Positions 11,058 through 21,416 of a stretch of 64,000 nt of DNA are shown here, piece after piece. A model generated the notes under the pieces. That model searched no databases. It saw only the letters and a list, made by a program, of their open reading frames with translations, and was not told the origin of the DNA. Position 1 is the first letter of the stretch. Each line of letters starts with the position of its first letter. A program made the translations under genes and the position numbers. The stretch spans positions 5,437 through 69,436 of the forward strand of contig CAVVXE010000004.1 of assembly GCA_963752165.1 (NCBI GenBank). The letters run 5' to 3'. The stretch comes from an uncultured Flavobacteriaceae bacterium (GTDB lineage: Bacteria > Bacteroidota > Bacteroidia > Flavobacteriales > Flavobacteriaceae).

Positions 11058-12455
11058 TTACTTTCCGATACAGAAATTGGCAAAAATGTTACCCAGCAGG
11101 TCATCACTAGTAATTTCCCCGGTAATCTCCCCAAAATGGTAAAGGGCCTGACGGATATCAACCGCCAGCAGGTCGCCCGAAAGACCGACATCTAATCCTT
11201 CCTTCACTTTTTGGATCTCCTCGAGTGCCCTGTTCAGCGAATTATAGTGTCGGGTGTTGGTAACGATGGTTTCGTTGTTTTTGAGTGCCCCTGTATTCAC
11301 CAGGTCTAACAAGCGCTTTTTAAGCTGCTCTGTCCCCTCATTGTTTTTGGCCGATAGGAAGATGGCTGATGGGAAGGCATCCTTTAAAGCAAGAAGTTGC
11401 TCGTGCTTTAATTTGTCAACTTTATTGATCAATAAAATAAACTGCTTTTTAGGATAGGTAGTGGTGATGGCCTCCAGCTTCTCACTGATGGCCTCAATAT
11501 TTTCATGATGGTTCGCTAATACATCGGCATCTACCAGGTATAAAACAACCTGTGCTTTTTCTATTTTTTCATGGGTCTTCCGTATGCCGATTGTTTCCAC
11601 TGCATCTTCGGTCTCCCGAATCCCGGCGGTATCGATAAAGCGAAAACCAATGCCCTCAATGGTCAGTTCATCTTCGATGGTATCCCTGGTCGTACCCGGA
11701 ATGGGGCTTACAATGGCACGCTCCTCGTTTAACAGGGCGTTTAACAGGGTCGATTTCCCTACATTAGGTTCCCCTACGATGGCAATGGGGATGCCATTTT
11801 TAATAACATTGCCAAGGGCAAAGGAATCGATCAGGTGTTTCAGCACGTTCTGGATCCTGGACAGCAGGGCATTGAACTGTGTTTTGTCTGCAAATTCCAC
11901 ATCTTCTTCTGCAAAATCCAGTTCCAGTTCAATGAGGGAGGCAAAATTGAGCAACTCGTCCCGCAATATTTTGATCTCATGGCTAAAGCCACCCCGCATC
12001 TGCTGCAATGCCAACTGGTGGGAGGCCGCATTTTCAGAGGCGATAAGGTCGGCCACGGCTTCAGCCTGACTCAGATCCAGTTTGCCATTTAAAAAGGCAC
12101 GCAGGGTAAACTCGCCCGCTTCCGCCATACGGCATCCGATGCGCAGGAAGAGCTGTATGATCTCCTGCTGGATATAGGGGGAACCGTGGCAGGAAATTTC
12201 CACCACATCTTCCCCGGTGTAGGAGTGAGGGCCTTTGAAGACGGTTGCCAGGACCTGATCCAGTGTTCTGCTGCCTTCCTGAAGATAGCCAAGGTGAACG
12301 GTATGGCTTTTTACGTTGCTAAGATCCTTTCCGCTGACCGCATGAAATTTTCCTGCGCTCATGGCGATCGCTTCCTTTCCGGATATTCGTATCACGGCAA
12401 TAGCTCCGGCACCTGAGGGGGTAGCCAAGGCGATGATGGTATCTTTTGGAAGCAT
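11058..12455 (-). CDS. mnmE: tRNA uridine-5-carboxymethylaminomethyl modification GTPase MnmE
   Basis: DTIIALATPSGAGAIAVIRISG N-terminus, G-domain GEPNVGKSTLLNAL, and the invariant C-terminal CIGK. I prefer ATG 12455 (MLPKD...) to the track's TTG at 12473. Confidence 0.92.
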   Translation of the reverse strand: MLPKDTIIALATPSGAGAIAVIRISGKEAIAMSAGKFHAVSGKDLSNVKSHTVHLGYLQEGSRTLDQVLATVFKGPHSYTGEDVVEISCHGSPYIQQEIIQLFLRIGCRMAEAGEFTLRAFLNGKLDLSQAEAVADLIASENAASHQLALQQMRGGFSHEIKILRDELLNFASLIELELDFAEEDVEFADKTQFNALLSRIQNVLKHLIDSFALGNVIKNGIPIAIVGEPNVGKSTLLNALLNEERAIVSPIPGTTRDTIEDELTIEGIGFRFIDTAGIRETEDAVETIGIRKTHEKIEKAQVVLYLVDADVLANHHENIEAISEKLEAITTTYPKKQFILLINKVDKLKHEQLLALKDAFPSAIFLSAKNNEGTEQLKKRLLDLVNTGALKNNETIVTNTRHYNSLNRALEEIQKVKEGLDVGLSGDLLAVDIRQALYHFGEITGEITSDDLLGNIFANFCIGK

Positions 12456-12605
12456 AGGAATACTTTTCGACAAAAATAGGTAAAAGTCATGGATCAGAAT
12501 AAAAAGGCAGCTGTTCGATTATTGGGCTTGAACATACCATTCAAATAAGGAATTAATTTAGGAAATTGGTACTTTTACTCTCCAAAATTAATTTATTCTA
12601 ATGCG

Positions 12606-13019
12606 ATGAAAAATATAGCCACATTGAGTGTTTTATTCTGGTTGTTTAGCTGTAGCCTAGTTATGGGACAGGAAACATCTGCTACTCCAAAGGTAGAAGC
12701 GCGACTGCAGGAAATGAAGGAGGTACAGGCTAAAGTGGATAAAGCTGAAAAAGCCGCAAAAAAAGTGGAGAGGGCACAAAAGAAAGCAGAAAAAGAAGCG
12801 AAGCAAAGGAAGCAACTTAAGGATGATATACGGGACAAAACGCGCGCTATTGATAAAGATCAGGATCGCGTTTCTAAATTCAAGGAGAAACTCGACAGTG
12901 ATGGGGCCAAAGGAAAATTGTCTCCAAATGATATTGAGGCCCTCAATGAGAAAATAAGTAAATTGGAAGCGCGAATAGTTAAGAACCAGGCCTACTTAAA
13001 AAAATTAGAGAAGAAATAA
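12606..13019 (+). CDS. secreted lysine-rich coiled-coil protein, function unknown
   Basis: 137-aa ORF with a signal peptide, then a highly charged K/E/A-rich helical sequence. The minus-strand ORF 12593..12838 is its shadow. Confidence 0.6.
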   Translation: MKNIATLSVLFWLFSCSLVMGQETSATPKVEARLQEMKEVQAKVDKAEKAAKKVERAQKKAEKEAKQRKQLKDDIRDKTRAIDKDQDRVSKFKEKLDSDGAKGKLSPNDIEALNEKISKLEARIVKNQAYLKKLEKK

Positions 13020-13092
13020 AGGTTTTGGTAGTTTATATGTAACATTTTAAGCGAAATAGCTACCAATTAATAGCAACTTAAAATTTACAGTA

Positions 13093-13455
13093 ATGGAAGT
13101 CATCAATCAATCAGTGTTACGGGAAGACAGGCAACTGCTGGTTATAACCCACTTAACGCAATTATTATCGTATTTCATCGGATTTGGCGGACTCATCACC
13201 CCCCTGATCATCTGGTTAACCTCCAAGGACCGCGTAGAAGACATGGATGAACACGGAAAGGCGATCATCAATTTCCAGCTAAGCCTAATCCTTTATTTTA
13301 TCATCAGTATCCCGGCCATTCTTTTATTGGGATTGGGTATTTTAGGGATTATAGGGGTAGTGATCTTAGGCTTTGTTCTGCCTATCGTCAATGCCGTAAG
13401 GGCTAGCAATGGGGAAGCTCCCAGTTACTTTATGACCATTCGATTTATAGCATAA
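13093..13455 (+). CDS. DUF4870-like small membrane protein
   Basis: 120 aa. HLTQLLSYFIGFGGLITPLIIWL...HGKAIINFQLSLILY matches my memory of the DUF4870 pattern; two or three TM helices. Confidence 0.6.
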   Translation: MEVINQSVLREDRQLLVITHLTQLLSYFIGFGGLITPLIIWLTSKDRVEDMDEHGKAIINFQLSLILYFIISIPAILLLGLGILGIIGVVILGFVLPIVNAVRASNGEAPSYFMTIRFIA

Positions 13456-13459
13456 AAAA

Positions 13460-13480
13460 AATCCGGTTAAAAACCGGATT
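13460..13480. terminator. bidirectional rho-independent terminator between convergent genes
   Basis: aatccggt-taaaa-accggatt is flanked by an A-run upstream and a T-run downstream. It lies between stop 13455 (+) and the dnaN stop at 13487 (-). Confidence 0.8.
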
Positions 13481-13486
13481 TTTTAT

Positions 13487-14606
13487 TTAGTTATTCAACA
13501 TCACCGGCATGACCAGCATGGTGACATGCTCGCCTTCATCCAATCCATCGATAGGGGTAAGGATCCCGGCACGGTTGGGCAGGCTCATCTCCAGGGATAC
13601 TTCATCAGAGGAAAGATTGCCGAGCATTTCCACCAGGAAGCGGGAATTAAAGCCAATCTGCATATCATCGCCCTGATAGGAACAGGTAAGCCTTTCTTCC
13701 GCCTTGTTGCTGTAATCGATGTCCTCGGCGGATATGTTCAATTCTGCCCCGGCGATTCGCAACCTTATTTGGTGCGTGGTCCGGTTCGAGAAAATGGAGA
13801 CCCGTTTTACGGAACTCAACAGCTGATTTCTTGAGATCGTAAGCCTGTTCGGATTCTCTTTTGGGATCACCGCTTCATAGTTGGGGTATTTCCCGTCGAT
13901 CAGCCGGCAGATCAGTTCTGTATTGTCAAAACTGAATTTTGCATTGCTGTCATTGTATTCCACTTTTACCATTTCCTCACTGCCCGCCAAGATCCCTTTC
14001 AATAAGTTCAACGGCTTTTTAGGCATGATGAATTCGGTAACTTCCGATGCCTTCACGTCATTTCGCTGGTATTTGACCAGCTTGTGTGCATCCGTGGCCA
14101 CAAAGGTTAAACTCTCAGGGGAGAACTGAAAGAAAACACCGCTCATTACAGGCCTCAGGTCATCATTACCGGCGGCAAAAATGGTTTTGGTAATGGCGGT
14201 TGCCAGGATATCCCCGACAATAGTGGTAGTACTTGGATCGCCCAGTTCAATGGCTTTGGGGAATTCGGCCCCATCGGCATAGGCCAGGGCATATTTCCCG
14301 TAATTGGAGCTGATCTCCACGGTATGATTATCTTCCACCACAAAGGTCAAAGGTTGTTCCGGAAAGGTTTTCAGGGTATCTAAGAAGAAGCCTGGCCGGG
14401 ACCGCAATGGTTCCTTCAGTATCCGATTCCACTTCCAATACAGCACTCATGGTGGTTTCCAGATCGGAGGCAGAAACGGTCAATTTCTTTTTTTTCAATT
14501 CAAAAAGGAAATTATCCAGGATTGGTAAGGTGTTGCTACTGTTGATAACACCTCCCAATACTTGTAGTTGTTTTAACAGATAGGTACTTGATACTATGAA
14601 TTTCAC
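13487..14606 (-). pseudogene. dnaN: DNA polymerase III beta sliding clamp, frame interrupted by one indel near 14380-14390
   Basis: ORF 14328..14606 gives the DnaN N-terminus (MKFIVSSTYLLKQLQVLGGVINSSNTLPILDNFLFE...GTIAVPARLLL). ORF 13487..14446 continues in another frame (DTLKTFPEQPLTFVVEDN ... VMPVMLNN). The total span is 1120 nt, i.e. 373 codons plus 1 nt. Confidence 0.9.
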
Positions 14607-14731
14607 AGGTTTGATTTTTGGTTTACGTTTAGATCAGCAACATTTGAATACTTGTTTCAAAAAACCAACGGCCTTGCATGAAAGCAAATATATCCAAATG
14701 GACCTTTTCCGTAAAACTTACTTATTAACAC

Positions 14732-16399
14732 TTATTTTGAATAGTGACCTTTACGAAACATCTGAAATAGGAAACCTAAGAGTAAAATAAAGAGCAGCGG
14801 AACCCCAATGTTAATGAGCTGCCACTTCATCCTTTGATCAGCGATCTTTTCGGCATCCAGCAACGGAATGCGTACTTCCTTATTGCGAATGTTTATAAGT
14901 CCGGTATCGTCAAGGAGATAATTCACGCAATTCAGCAAAAATTCCTTGTTTCCATAGAAATTATTGGTCCATTGGTCGTAGCCCAACTCCAGAGGTCGTC
15001 CTTGCTTCAATTGGTTTTTGATAATATCCCCGTCTGCAATGACGATCATTTTGTTATCCGGCCCTTCCTCTTTGCTTCTTTCTAGTGCTACAGGATGGAT
15101 CCTGTTGGTATAGGCCGATACAAAAGCCCCTTCTATAAGGACCGACAGGGGTTGATCCCCATTGGTGTACTGCGCTTTATCCGGCGGGCTATTCAGCAGA
15201 TCGAACCCGATCTCCGTGGGCACTGATTCTAATCTGGATATGGGCGAACTTTGGGCCAAAATTGTCTTGGTATAGGCATTTGGTAAGGTGTCAAGGGCAC
15301 TTGTAAACTGGTATTTGACTGCCTCTATATTTCGGTTGACAGGATGGTTGTTTTTTGAAAATACCATGGGGTTGTATGGCCAGGGCACCGGATTGTATTC
15401 TGAACTGCTGCCCTCTCCACTGGCCAGGACGATCTGGGTACAATAGAGGTCCTTCACAAGGACAGGCTTTAAGCGAAGCCCATACCGGAATAAAAGATCA
15501 TCCAGATTGAGCTCCCATGGCAGCGCAATGCCGCTTCCCCGTTCATTATTGAGACTGTCCAGGTCCATGGCAACGGGATCTACCATCCACAGGGATTTCC
15601 CTCCGTTAACCATAAACTGGTCGAGCAGGTATTTTTCAGTTTCTGAAAAAGCAGTAGTAGGCCTGGCAATGACAGCCAGGTCAAAGGTCTTGAGCTGGTC
15701 GAACACCTTTTGCGGGTTGGTGTCCACGGAGTCAAGCGTAATGGCCCCAATGTTGTAATATTCACGAAGGCTGGTAAGAAAATCGGCCATATAGATATCC
15801 TCCAGTTCCCCATTTCCCTTCAGTACTGCAATTCGTTTCTTTTCCTGCACCTGCAATTTTGTAAAGGCATCGGCAAAGGCGTATTCCAGATTCTGCACCG
15901 AATTATTGATGCGGTCTTCCGTATTGGCCCCTAATTTGTTTTTGAGCAGGGCCACCTTTACGGTTTTATTTTGGTAGGTAACCATAGCCCAGGGGAATAC
16001 CAGTTCCTGAGATCGCTTCCCTTCCTCCTCAATCATGACATTGGCAGGCGTAAGTCCAATGCTTTGCAGTTGTGCGATAGTAGCGTCGGCTTGTTCCGCA
16101 TCTTCCAGGGGATCTTCAAAGCTAAATTTTATAGCACGGTTTACCGTGGCAAATTCTTCCAGAAGCTGGGATGTCTCTACTTTCAGTCGCTCAAATTCTG
16201 CCGGCAACTTTCCCTCTAGCAATACATCGATGATCACGGTCGACTCAAATCCGGATACTAATTGTTCCGTTGTTTCCGAAAGGGTGTAGCGCTTATCCTC
16301 AGTGAGATCGAAACGTGCATATACAAAACCGGCAAGCAGATTTAGAACGACCACGCCAATGAAAACCGCACCGATATGTAGTACTGTCTTTTTTTTCAC
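14732..16399 (-). CDS. gldG: gliding-motility-associated ABC transporter substrate-binding protein GldG
   Basis: 555 aa with N- and C-terminal TM anchors. It lies immediately downstream of, and overlaps by 4 nt with, a GldF-type permease. Size and arrangement match gldF-gldG of flavobacteria. Confidence 0.8.
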   Translation of the reverse strand: MKKKTVLHIGAVFIGVVVLNLLAGFVYARFDLTEDKRYTLSETTEQLVSGFESTVIIDVLLEGKLPAEFERLKVETSQLLEEFATVNRAIKFSFEDPLEDAEQADATIAQLQSIGLTPANVMIEEEGKRSQELVFPWAMVTYQNKTVKVALLKNKLGANTEDRINNSVQNLEYAFADAFTKLQVQEKKRIAVLKGNGELEDIYMADFLTSLREYYNIGAITLDSVDTNPQKVFDQLKTFDLAVIARPTTAFSETEKYLLDQFMVNGGKSLWMVDPVAMDLDSLNNERGSGIALPWELNLDDLLFRYGLRLKPVLVKDLYCTQIVLASGEGSSSEYNPVPWPYNPMVFSKNNHPVNRNIEAVKYQFTSALDTLPNAYTKTILAQSSPISRLESVPTEIGFDLLNSPPDKAQYTNGDQPLSVLIEGAFVSAYTNRIHPVALERSKEEGPDNKMIVIADGDIIKNQLKQGRPLELGYDQWTNNFYGNKEFLLNCVNYLLDDTGLINIRNKEVRIPLLDAEKIADQRMKWQLINIGVPLLFILLLGFLFQMFRKGHYSK

Positions 16400-17130
16400 T
16401 TTTTAGAACTGGTCTTTAGTTGATTCACCGTCAGAAATAAAAAAAGGAAGGTAATGCTCCCGAAATAGACCAGATCCCGGGTATCCAGAATACCCCGGCC
16501 CATCTGTTCGAAATGCGCTTCCATCCCCAGGTTGGAAACAAACAAGGCCAGGGCGCCATTGGCAATGGAGGCTGATAACGCATTAAAGCCGAAATAACCC
16601 GCAAAACAGATCATAAGGCTTACCAGAAATGCCACGATCTGATTTTCCGTCAGCACGGAAGCAAACAATCCGATCGAGGTATAAGCGCTGATAAGCAGGA
16701 ACATCCCTGCATAAGCTCCTATGACCAAACCGGAATCAAAGTTACCCTGAGTGGTACCTAATGCCGAAATGCAGATCACATAGATCACTGTGGGGATCAT
16801 TGCTGCCATAGCCAGGGTAAATGTGCCCAGAAACTTACCCAAAACCAATTGCCAGGGCGAGATAGGCTTAATAAGCAATAGTTCGAGCGTACCTGTTTTT
16901 CGTTCTTCGGAAAAACTTTTCATCGTAAGTGCCGGGATCAGGAAAAGGAAAATAAAAGGCGCCAGCAGGAAGAAGCCGGACAAGTCGGCAAAGCCATTGT
17001 CAAAGATGTTAAAAGGCCCCCGGACCACCCATAGCAAAAGACCGTTCAATACCAGAAACAAACCCATTACCAGATACCCCGTAGCCGAGGTGAAATAAGA
17101 CGTGATCTCTCTTTTAAAAATGGCAAGCAT
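16396..17130 (-). CDS. gldF: gliding-motility-associated ABC transporter permease GldF
   Basis: 244-aa polytopic ABC-2-type permease (MLAIFKREITSYFTSATGYLVMGLFLVLNG...) coupled to gldG. Confidence 0.8.
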   Translation of the reverse strand: MLAIFKREITSYFTSATGYLVMGLFLVLNGLLLWVVRGPFNIFDNGFADLSGFFLLAPFIFLFLIPALTMKSFSEERKTGTLELLLIKPISPWQLVLGKFLGTFTLAMAAMIPTVIYVICISALGTTQGNFDSGLVIGAYAGMFLLISAYTSIGLFASVLTENQIVAFLVSLMICFAGYFGFNALSASIANGALALFVSNLGMEAHFEQMGRGILDTRDLVYFGSITFLFLFLTVNQLKTSSKK

Positions 17131-17135
17131 ACTAT

Positions 17136-17432
17136 TTAGTTAAATGCATGTACTTTTTCTACGCTCCAGGCCTGTGGCCGGTCATCGAAAAGCAATTTGG
17201 TGCGCGACCAAACGTGCTTAAAGAAATCGGACTGCCGGTAGGCTTCCAGATGCTTCTCCGAAGCCCAATAACTATAGGTAAAAAAAACAGCGGGATCTTT
17301 GGTGTCCTGATATAATTCCAATAAGGAACATCCATCAAAATTCCGTATCACCTCTTTCGTTTCCTCAAAAAGTTGCTCAAAACTAGCAATATTTTCTTTT
17401 TTGAAGTGAAGTTTCACAATCCGTACGATCAT
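17136..17432 (-). CDS. antibiotic-biosynthesis-monooxygenase (ABM) domain protein
   Basis: 98 aa with a ferredoxin-like ABM pattern (IVKLHFK...FFTYSYWASEKHLEAYRQSDFFKHVW). Confidence 0.65.
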   Translation of the reverse strand: MIVRIVKLHFKKENIASFEQLFEETKEVIRNFDGCSLLELYQDTKDPAVFFTYSYWASEKHLEAYRQSDFFKHVWSRTKLLFDDRPQAWSVEKVHAFN

Positions 17433-17467
17433 TTATTTAAAATTGATAGTTATGGTGTCCCTGTAGT

Positions 17468-18265
17468 CTAACCCCAATAGGGTAGAAGCACCTCCCACCG
17501 TATTGGGATCACTTTTGTAGATGGCAAGTTCAATATAATTGGCAGAATTGAACAAGGCCAGCAGGTCGCCCGGACCCTTGCGCTGTCCCCGTCAAGGTCA
17601 AAGTTGATGATATCGCTGTAGTTATTCACAATCTCGGTGATCTTTTTGTTACGCGCAATTAACTCGAAAATCGCGTCCTTTTCGATAGGCATCAAAAAGG
17701 CCCTTCCTGATATTGGAAATGACATTCCCGTAGTTGTCAATATAAATGACATTTCCCACTATTGTATCTCCGTTGTTGGTCATCCTCGGGGCAAATTCCT
17801 TTAGCTTCTTTCAGGTCCGTAAAGTTTTTACCTACGACCTCCAGGGTACCACCCCGTGCGAGATGACAGGCAACTTTCACGAAGACTTCAATAACGGGAA
17901 ACGACCCCGGGGTTGGGATTGGGAATATTGATTTCGACAACTTTATCAGGTTTGATTTCAGCGGTGATCAGACTGCTTACGCCGTTGTTCGCCAGGATAA
18001 AATAATGGCCATCGACCAAGACGGCCAGATGTTGATTTTCAACCGTGCGTTCGGCGTCTACGCCCACAATATGAATGGTACCTTTCGGAAAGGTCTGTAG
18101 GCAGTTTTTCAGGATGTAGGCACACTCCTGAATATTAAAGGGGCTGATGTCATGGGAAATATCAACAATTTTCGCATCGTCAGTTCCTTATAGATAGTCC
18201 CTTTTAAAGCACCTACAAAATGGTCTTTATAGTCCAAAATCTGTAGTTAAGGTGATGATTGCCAT
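17468..18265 (-). pseudogene. SAM hydroxide adenosyltransferase family (DUF62) gene with multiple frameshifts
   Basis: Reverse-strand reading from ATG 18265 gives MAIITLTTDFGL / KDHFVGALKGTIYKEL.DAKIVDISHDISPFNIQECAYILKNCLQTFPKGTIHIVGVD... It is broken several times; track fragments 17468..17752 and 17737..17940 are later pieces. Confidence 0.7.
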
Positions 18266-18397
18266 GCAGCAATGTTGATATGTTTTTGATTATTCAAACT
18301 GATTTTTTACTTAAGTTTGTTAAACAAAATTAAACAAAAAAATCAGCGTTTCGAAATTTATCTTTAAGGTCCCAACCCTAAAAATAATCGATCTTCA

Positions 18398-19360
18398 TTG
18401 AACGAACTAATTCTAGAGCTTACCGACATCAGTCCGACGGGAATTTTTTGGACAACAAAACGAGAATATTGAACTGCTTAAAAAGTACTTTCCGAAATTA
18501 AAGATTGTTGCCCGTGGCAGCAAGATAATGGTTTATGGCGATGAGGATCTGTTGGATGAATTCGATAGGCGCTTCGATATGCTCACGGCCCATTTCGTGA
18601 AATACAACAAACTCGATGAAAATGCCATTGAGCGGGTGCTTGCCCGTAATGGTCAGGAAGACTACGCAATCCCCGTTGCAAGCAGTGGGGAAACCTCTGG
18701 TTCACGGGGTAAGGCGGGAAACTGATCAAGGCACAGACCGAAAACCAGCGAAGACTGGTCGATGCGGTAGCAAAGAACGACATGGTTTTTGCCATCGGCC
18801 CTGCCGGTACCGGGAAGACCTATACAGGGGTTGCATTAGCGGTACGGGCTTTAAAAAATAAGCAGGTAAAACGGATCATTTTAACCAGACCGGCTGTGGA
18901 AGCAGGGGAGAACCTCGGGTTTTCTGCCGGGCGACCTCAAGGAAAAACTGGATCCCTATATGCAACCCCTATATGATGCCTGCGGGATATGATCCCCAGA
19001 GAAAAACTGGTCCATTACCTCGAGAACGGTACGATACAAATTGCGCCCATGGCCTTTATGAGGGGCCGTACCTTAGATCATGCCTTTGTGATCTTGGATG
19101 AGGCACAGAATACTACCCATGCCCAGATGAAAATGTTTCTGACCCGTATGGGCAAGGATGCCAAGTTTTTGACTGACGGGCGATCCGGGACAGATAGACC
19201 TTCCCAGGACGGGTCATCTCCGGATTGAAGGAGGCCTTGCTGATCCTGAAAAATGTGGAGGGCATAGAGATGATCTACTTGGACGACAAGGACGTTATTC
19301 GCCATAAATTGGTCAAAAAGGTCATCGATGCCTATAAGAGACATAGAACATCAGAATTAA
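18398..19360 (+). pseudogene. phoH: PhoH-family ATPase with multiple frameshifts
   Basis: Pieces lie in three frames: [106 protein letters not shown], and (antisense of the 19078..19344 ORF) KDVIRHKLVKKVIDAYK. Two shifts sit at homopolymers (T-run ~18920, C-run ~18980). The ends are approximate. Confidence 0.8.
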
Positions 19361-19369
19361 GACTGACCT

Positions 19370-20333
19370 ATGAGCAATACAATTACTTCCACCAATTTTA
19401 ATTTTCCCGGGCAGCAATAGTGTCTATAAAGGAAAGGTACGGGAAGTTTATGCGCCTGGAAAATGACCTGCTGGTCATGGTCGCCACCGACAGGCTTTCT
19501 GCTTTTGATGTGGTGATGCCCAAAGGGATACCCGTACAAAGGGCAGATCCTGAATCAGATCGCCACCAAGATGATGGCTGCGACGCAGGATATCGTCCCC
19601 AATTGGTTACTGGCCACCCCAGATCCCAATGTGGCAGTAGGCCAGGCCTGTGAACCTTTAAGGTGGAAATGGTGATCAGGGGCTATTTATCCGGCCATGC
19701 GGCAAGGGAATACAAAAGCGGGCAAGCGTATCCTATGTGGAGTGCCTATGCCGGAAGGGATGAAGGAGAACGATGCGTTTCCCGGCAACCGATCATTACC
19801 CCAGCCACCAAGGCCGAAAAAGGAGACCACGACGAGGATATTTCCAGGGAAGACATCCTGAGACGGGAAATTGTATCGTGAGGCGGACTATGAGGTTCTT
19901 GAAAAGTACACCAGGGCTTTGTTCCAAAGGGGCTCGGAGATCGCTGCCGAAAGGGGACTTATCCTGGTGGATACGAAATATGAATTTGGCAAAAAAAAGG
20001 ATGGGACACATTGTGCTGATCGATGAGATCCACACCCCGGACTCTTCCCGTTATTTTTATGCTGAAGGCTATCAGGAACGCCAGGACAGGTCCGAACCTC
20101 AGAAACAACTTTCCAAAGAATTTGTACGGCAGTGGCTCATTCAAAATGGCTTTCAGGGATTAGAAGGACAAACCGTTCCCGAAATGTCAGATGACTATAT
20201 AACGACCGTTTCAGAACGATATATTGAACTTTACGAAAACATTACCGGTGAACCTTTCCAGAAAGCCGACATTTCCAATATCCAGGAACGGATAGAGGCT
20301 AATGTTCTGAATTATCTCAGAGAGTTGCTTTAA
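19370..20333 (+). pseudogene. purC: phosphoribosylaminoimidazole-succinocarboxamide (SAICAR) synthase with several frameshifts in the 5' two thirds
   Basis: [16 protein letters not shown] at 19370. Then [64 protein letters not shown] and an intact tail [23 protein letters not shown]... Confidence 0.8.
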
Positions 20334-20467
20334 GACCAGATTCCTTATGGTCTATTATTCCTGCGGGACCATCTTGTGTCGATAGTACCTGAGTTTTACA
20401 GGTTCCTTTTTTCTTTTTCCTTCTCTCGAAATATATGACTACAAGGATGGGGAAGAGCAAGCAAGTT

Positions 20468-21109
20468 TTATAACGGGGCGGCGATCAGTCCTTCCACCTG
20501 CAATTGCGTTATGATCTTTTTCACATAGTCATTAACCACATTGGATATATTAGAGGGATCAACGATAGTAAAGGTACCCACCCAGACCAGTGATTTGTTC
20601 GCTTCTTTTTTGAGATTATAGATGGATGTTTCTACCTGGTATACCTTGTATTCATTGTAATAACCGGGGTTGAAATAAACATCCTGGAATCTGTAGTAAT
20701 AAGGGCCAAACCGGTACCACAGTTGTGGGCCAAAAGTATAGTAACCGCCGGAACGGTATTGTTGCCTCGTATTTATGCCAATCACTGCAGTTATTATAAC
20801 GGCATCGTACCCATCTGCGATGAGTTGTTCTTTCATTGCATCTATTTCCTGCTCACTTTTCCTTGAATCGGTAAAAGCACCATCCAGAACCTCGGTGCTT
20901 TCATAGGCATCAATATTTCTTTGTTTGAATTCAAATTTCAATCGTTCTTCAAATATTTTTCGCGCCGTAAGGTTGTCCGTAAGCCCTATGACCAATAATT
21001 TATTAGGCTGGAAAGTAGTAACTTCTGTATTTCTCCAACTATCGACAAATCGGGTTGATGAACATGCCGATACCAATAGGAGTCCGAGTATGATTATAAT
21101 TTTTTTCAT
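20468..21109 (-). CDS. hypothetical lipoprotein
   Basis: 213 aa with a lipobox LLVSAC and a Tyr/Gly-rich C-terminal half. I recognise no family. Confidence 0.6.
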   Translation of the reverse strand: MKKIIIILGLLLVSACSSTRFVDSWRNTEVTTFQPNKLLVIGLTDNLTARKIFEERLKFEFKQRNIDAYESTEVLDGAFTDSRKSEQEIDAMKEQLIADGYDAVIITAVIGINTRQQYRSGGYYTFGPQLWYRFGPYYYRFQDVYFNPGYYNEYKVYQVETSIYNLKKEANKSLVWVGTFTIVDPSNISNVVNDYVKKIITQLQVEGLIAAPL

Positions 21110-21180
21110 CCGGCTATATTTTAGGATTTACGTTTGTAGAATAAGCCATTGCCTGGCAGCCCAAGAGTACTATTTTAAAG

Positions 21181-21210
21181 GAAACCGCGGTGCGCTAGCA
21201 CCGCGGTTTC
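21181..21210 (-). terminator. strong GC-rich hairpin downstream of the pfkB-family gene
   Basis: gaaaccgcggtgc-gcta-gcaccgcggtttc has perfect 13-bp arms. On the minus strand it is followed by a moderately T/A-rich stretch. Confidence 0.6.
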
Positions 21211-21416
21211 CCAGAAGCTGTCAATACTGCCCTGTAAACGCTATCTTTACTTGTACCCATTGCTAGGTTCGTTCATCATTCAAATGCATAAAGGGTGCCT
21301 GTAACAGCTTCCAATCTTATGGATCTTAAATCCCCCACGATTTATAAATCCATGTTTCGTATATTTCAAAGAGCTGAATTCTTCGTAACCTATCTGAAAT
21401 ACTAAAGTACTCCGGA

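Noticed and set aside
14607-14731. Replication origin next to dnaN
   Set aside because: Only one loose DnaA-box-like 9-mer (atatccaaa) is present and there is no cluster or AT-rich unwinding repeats. The gap is just 125 nt.
17468-20000. Interpreting the frameshift-dense DUF62/phoH/purC block as a genuine pseudogene island
   Set aside because: Breaks occur at homopolymers, the residue-level conservation between breaks is perfect, and essential dnaN shows the same kind of defect. Consensus error is the more economical explanation, so I report it as a quality flag instead.
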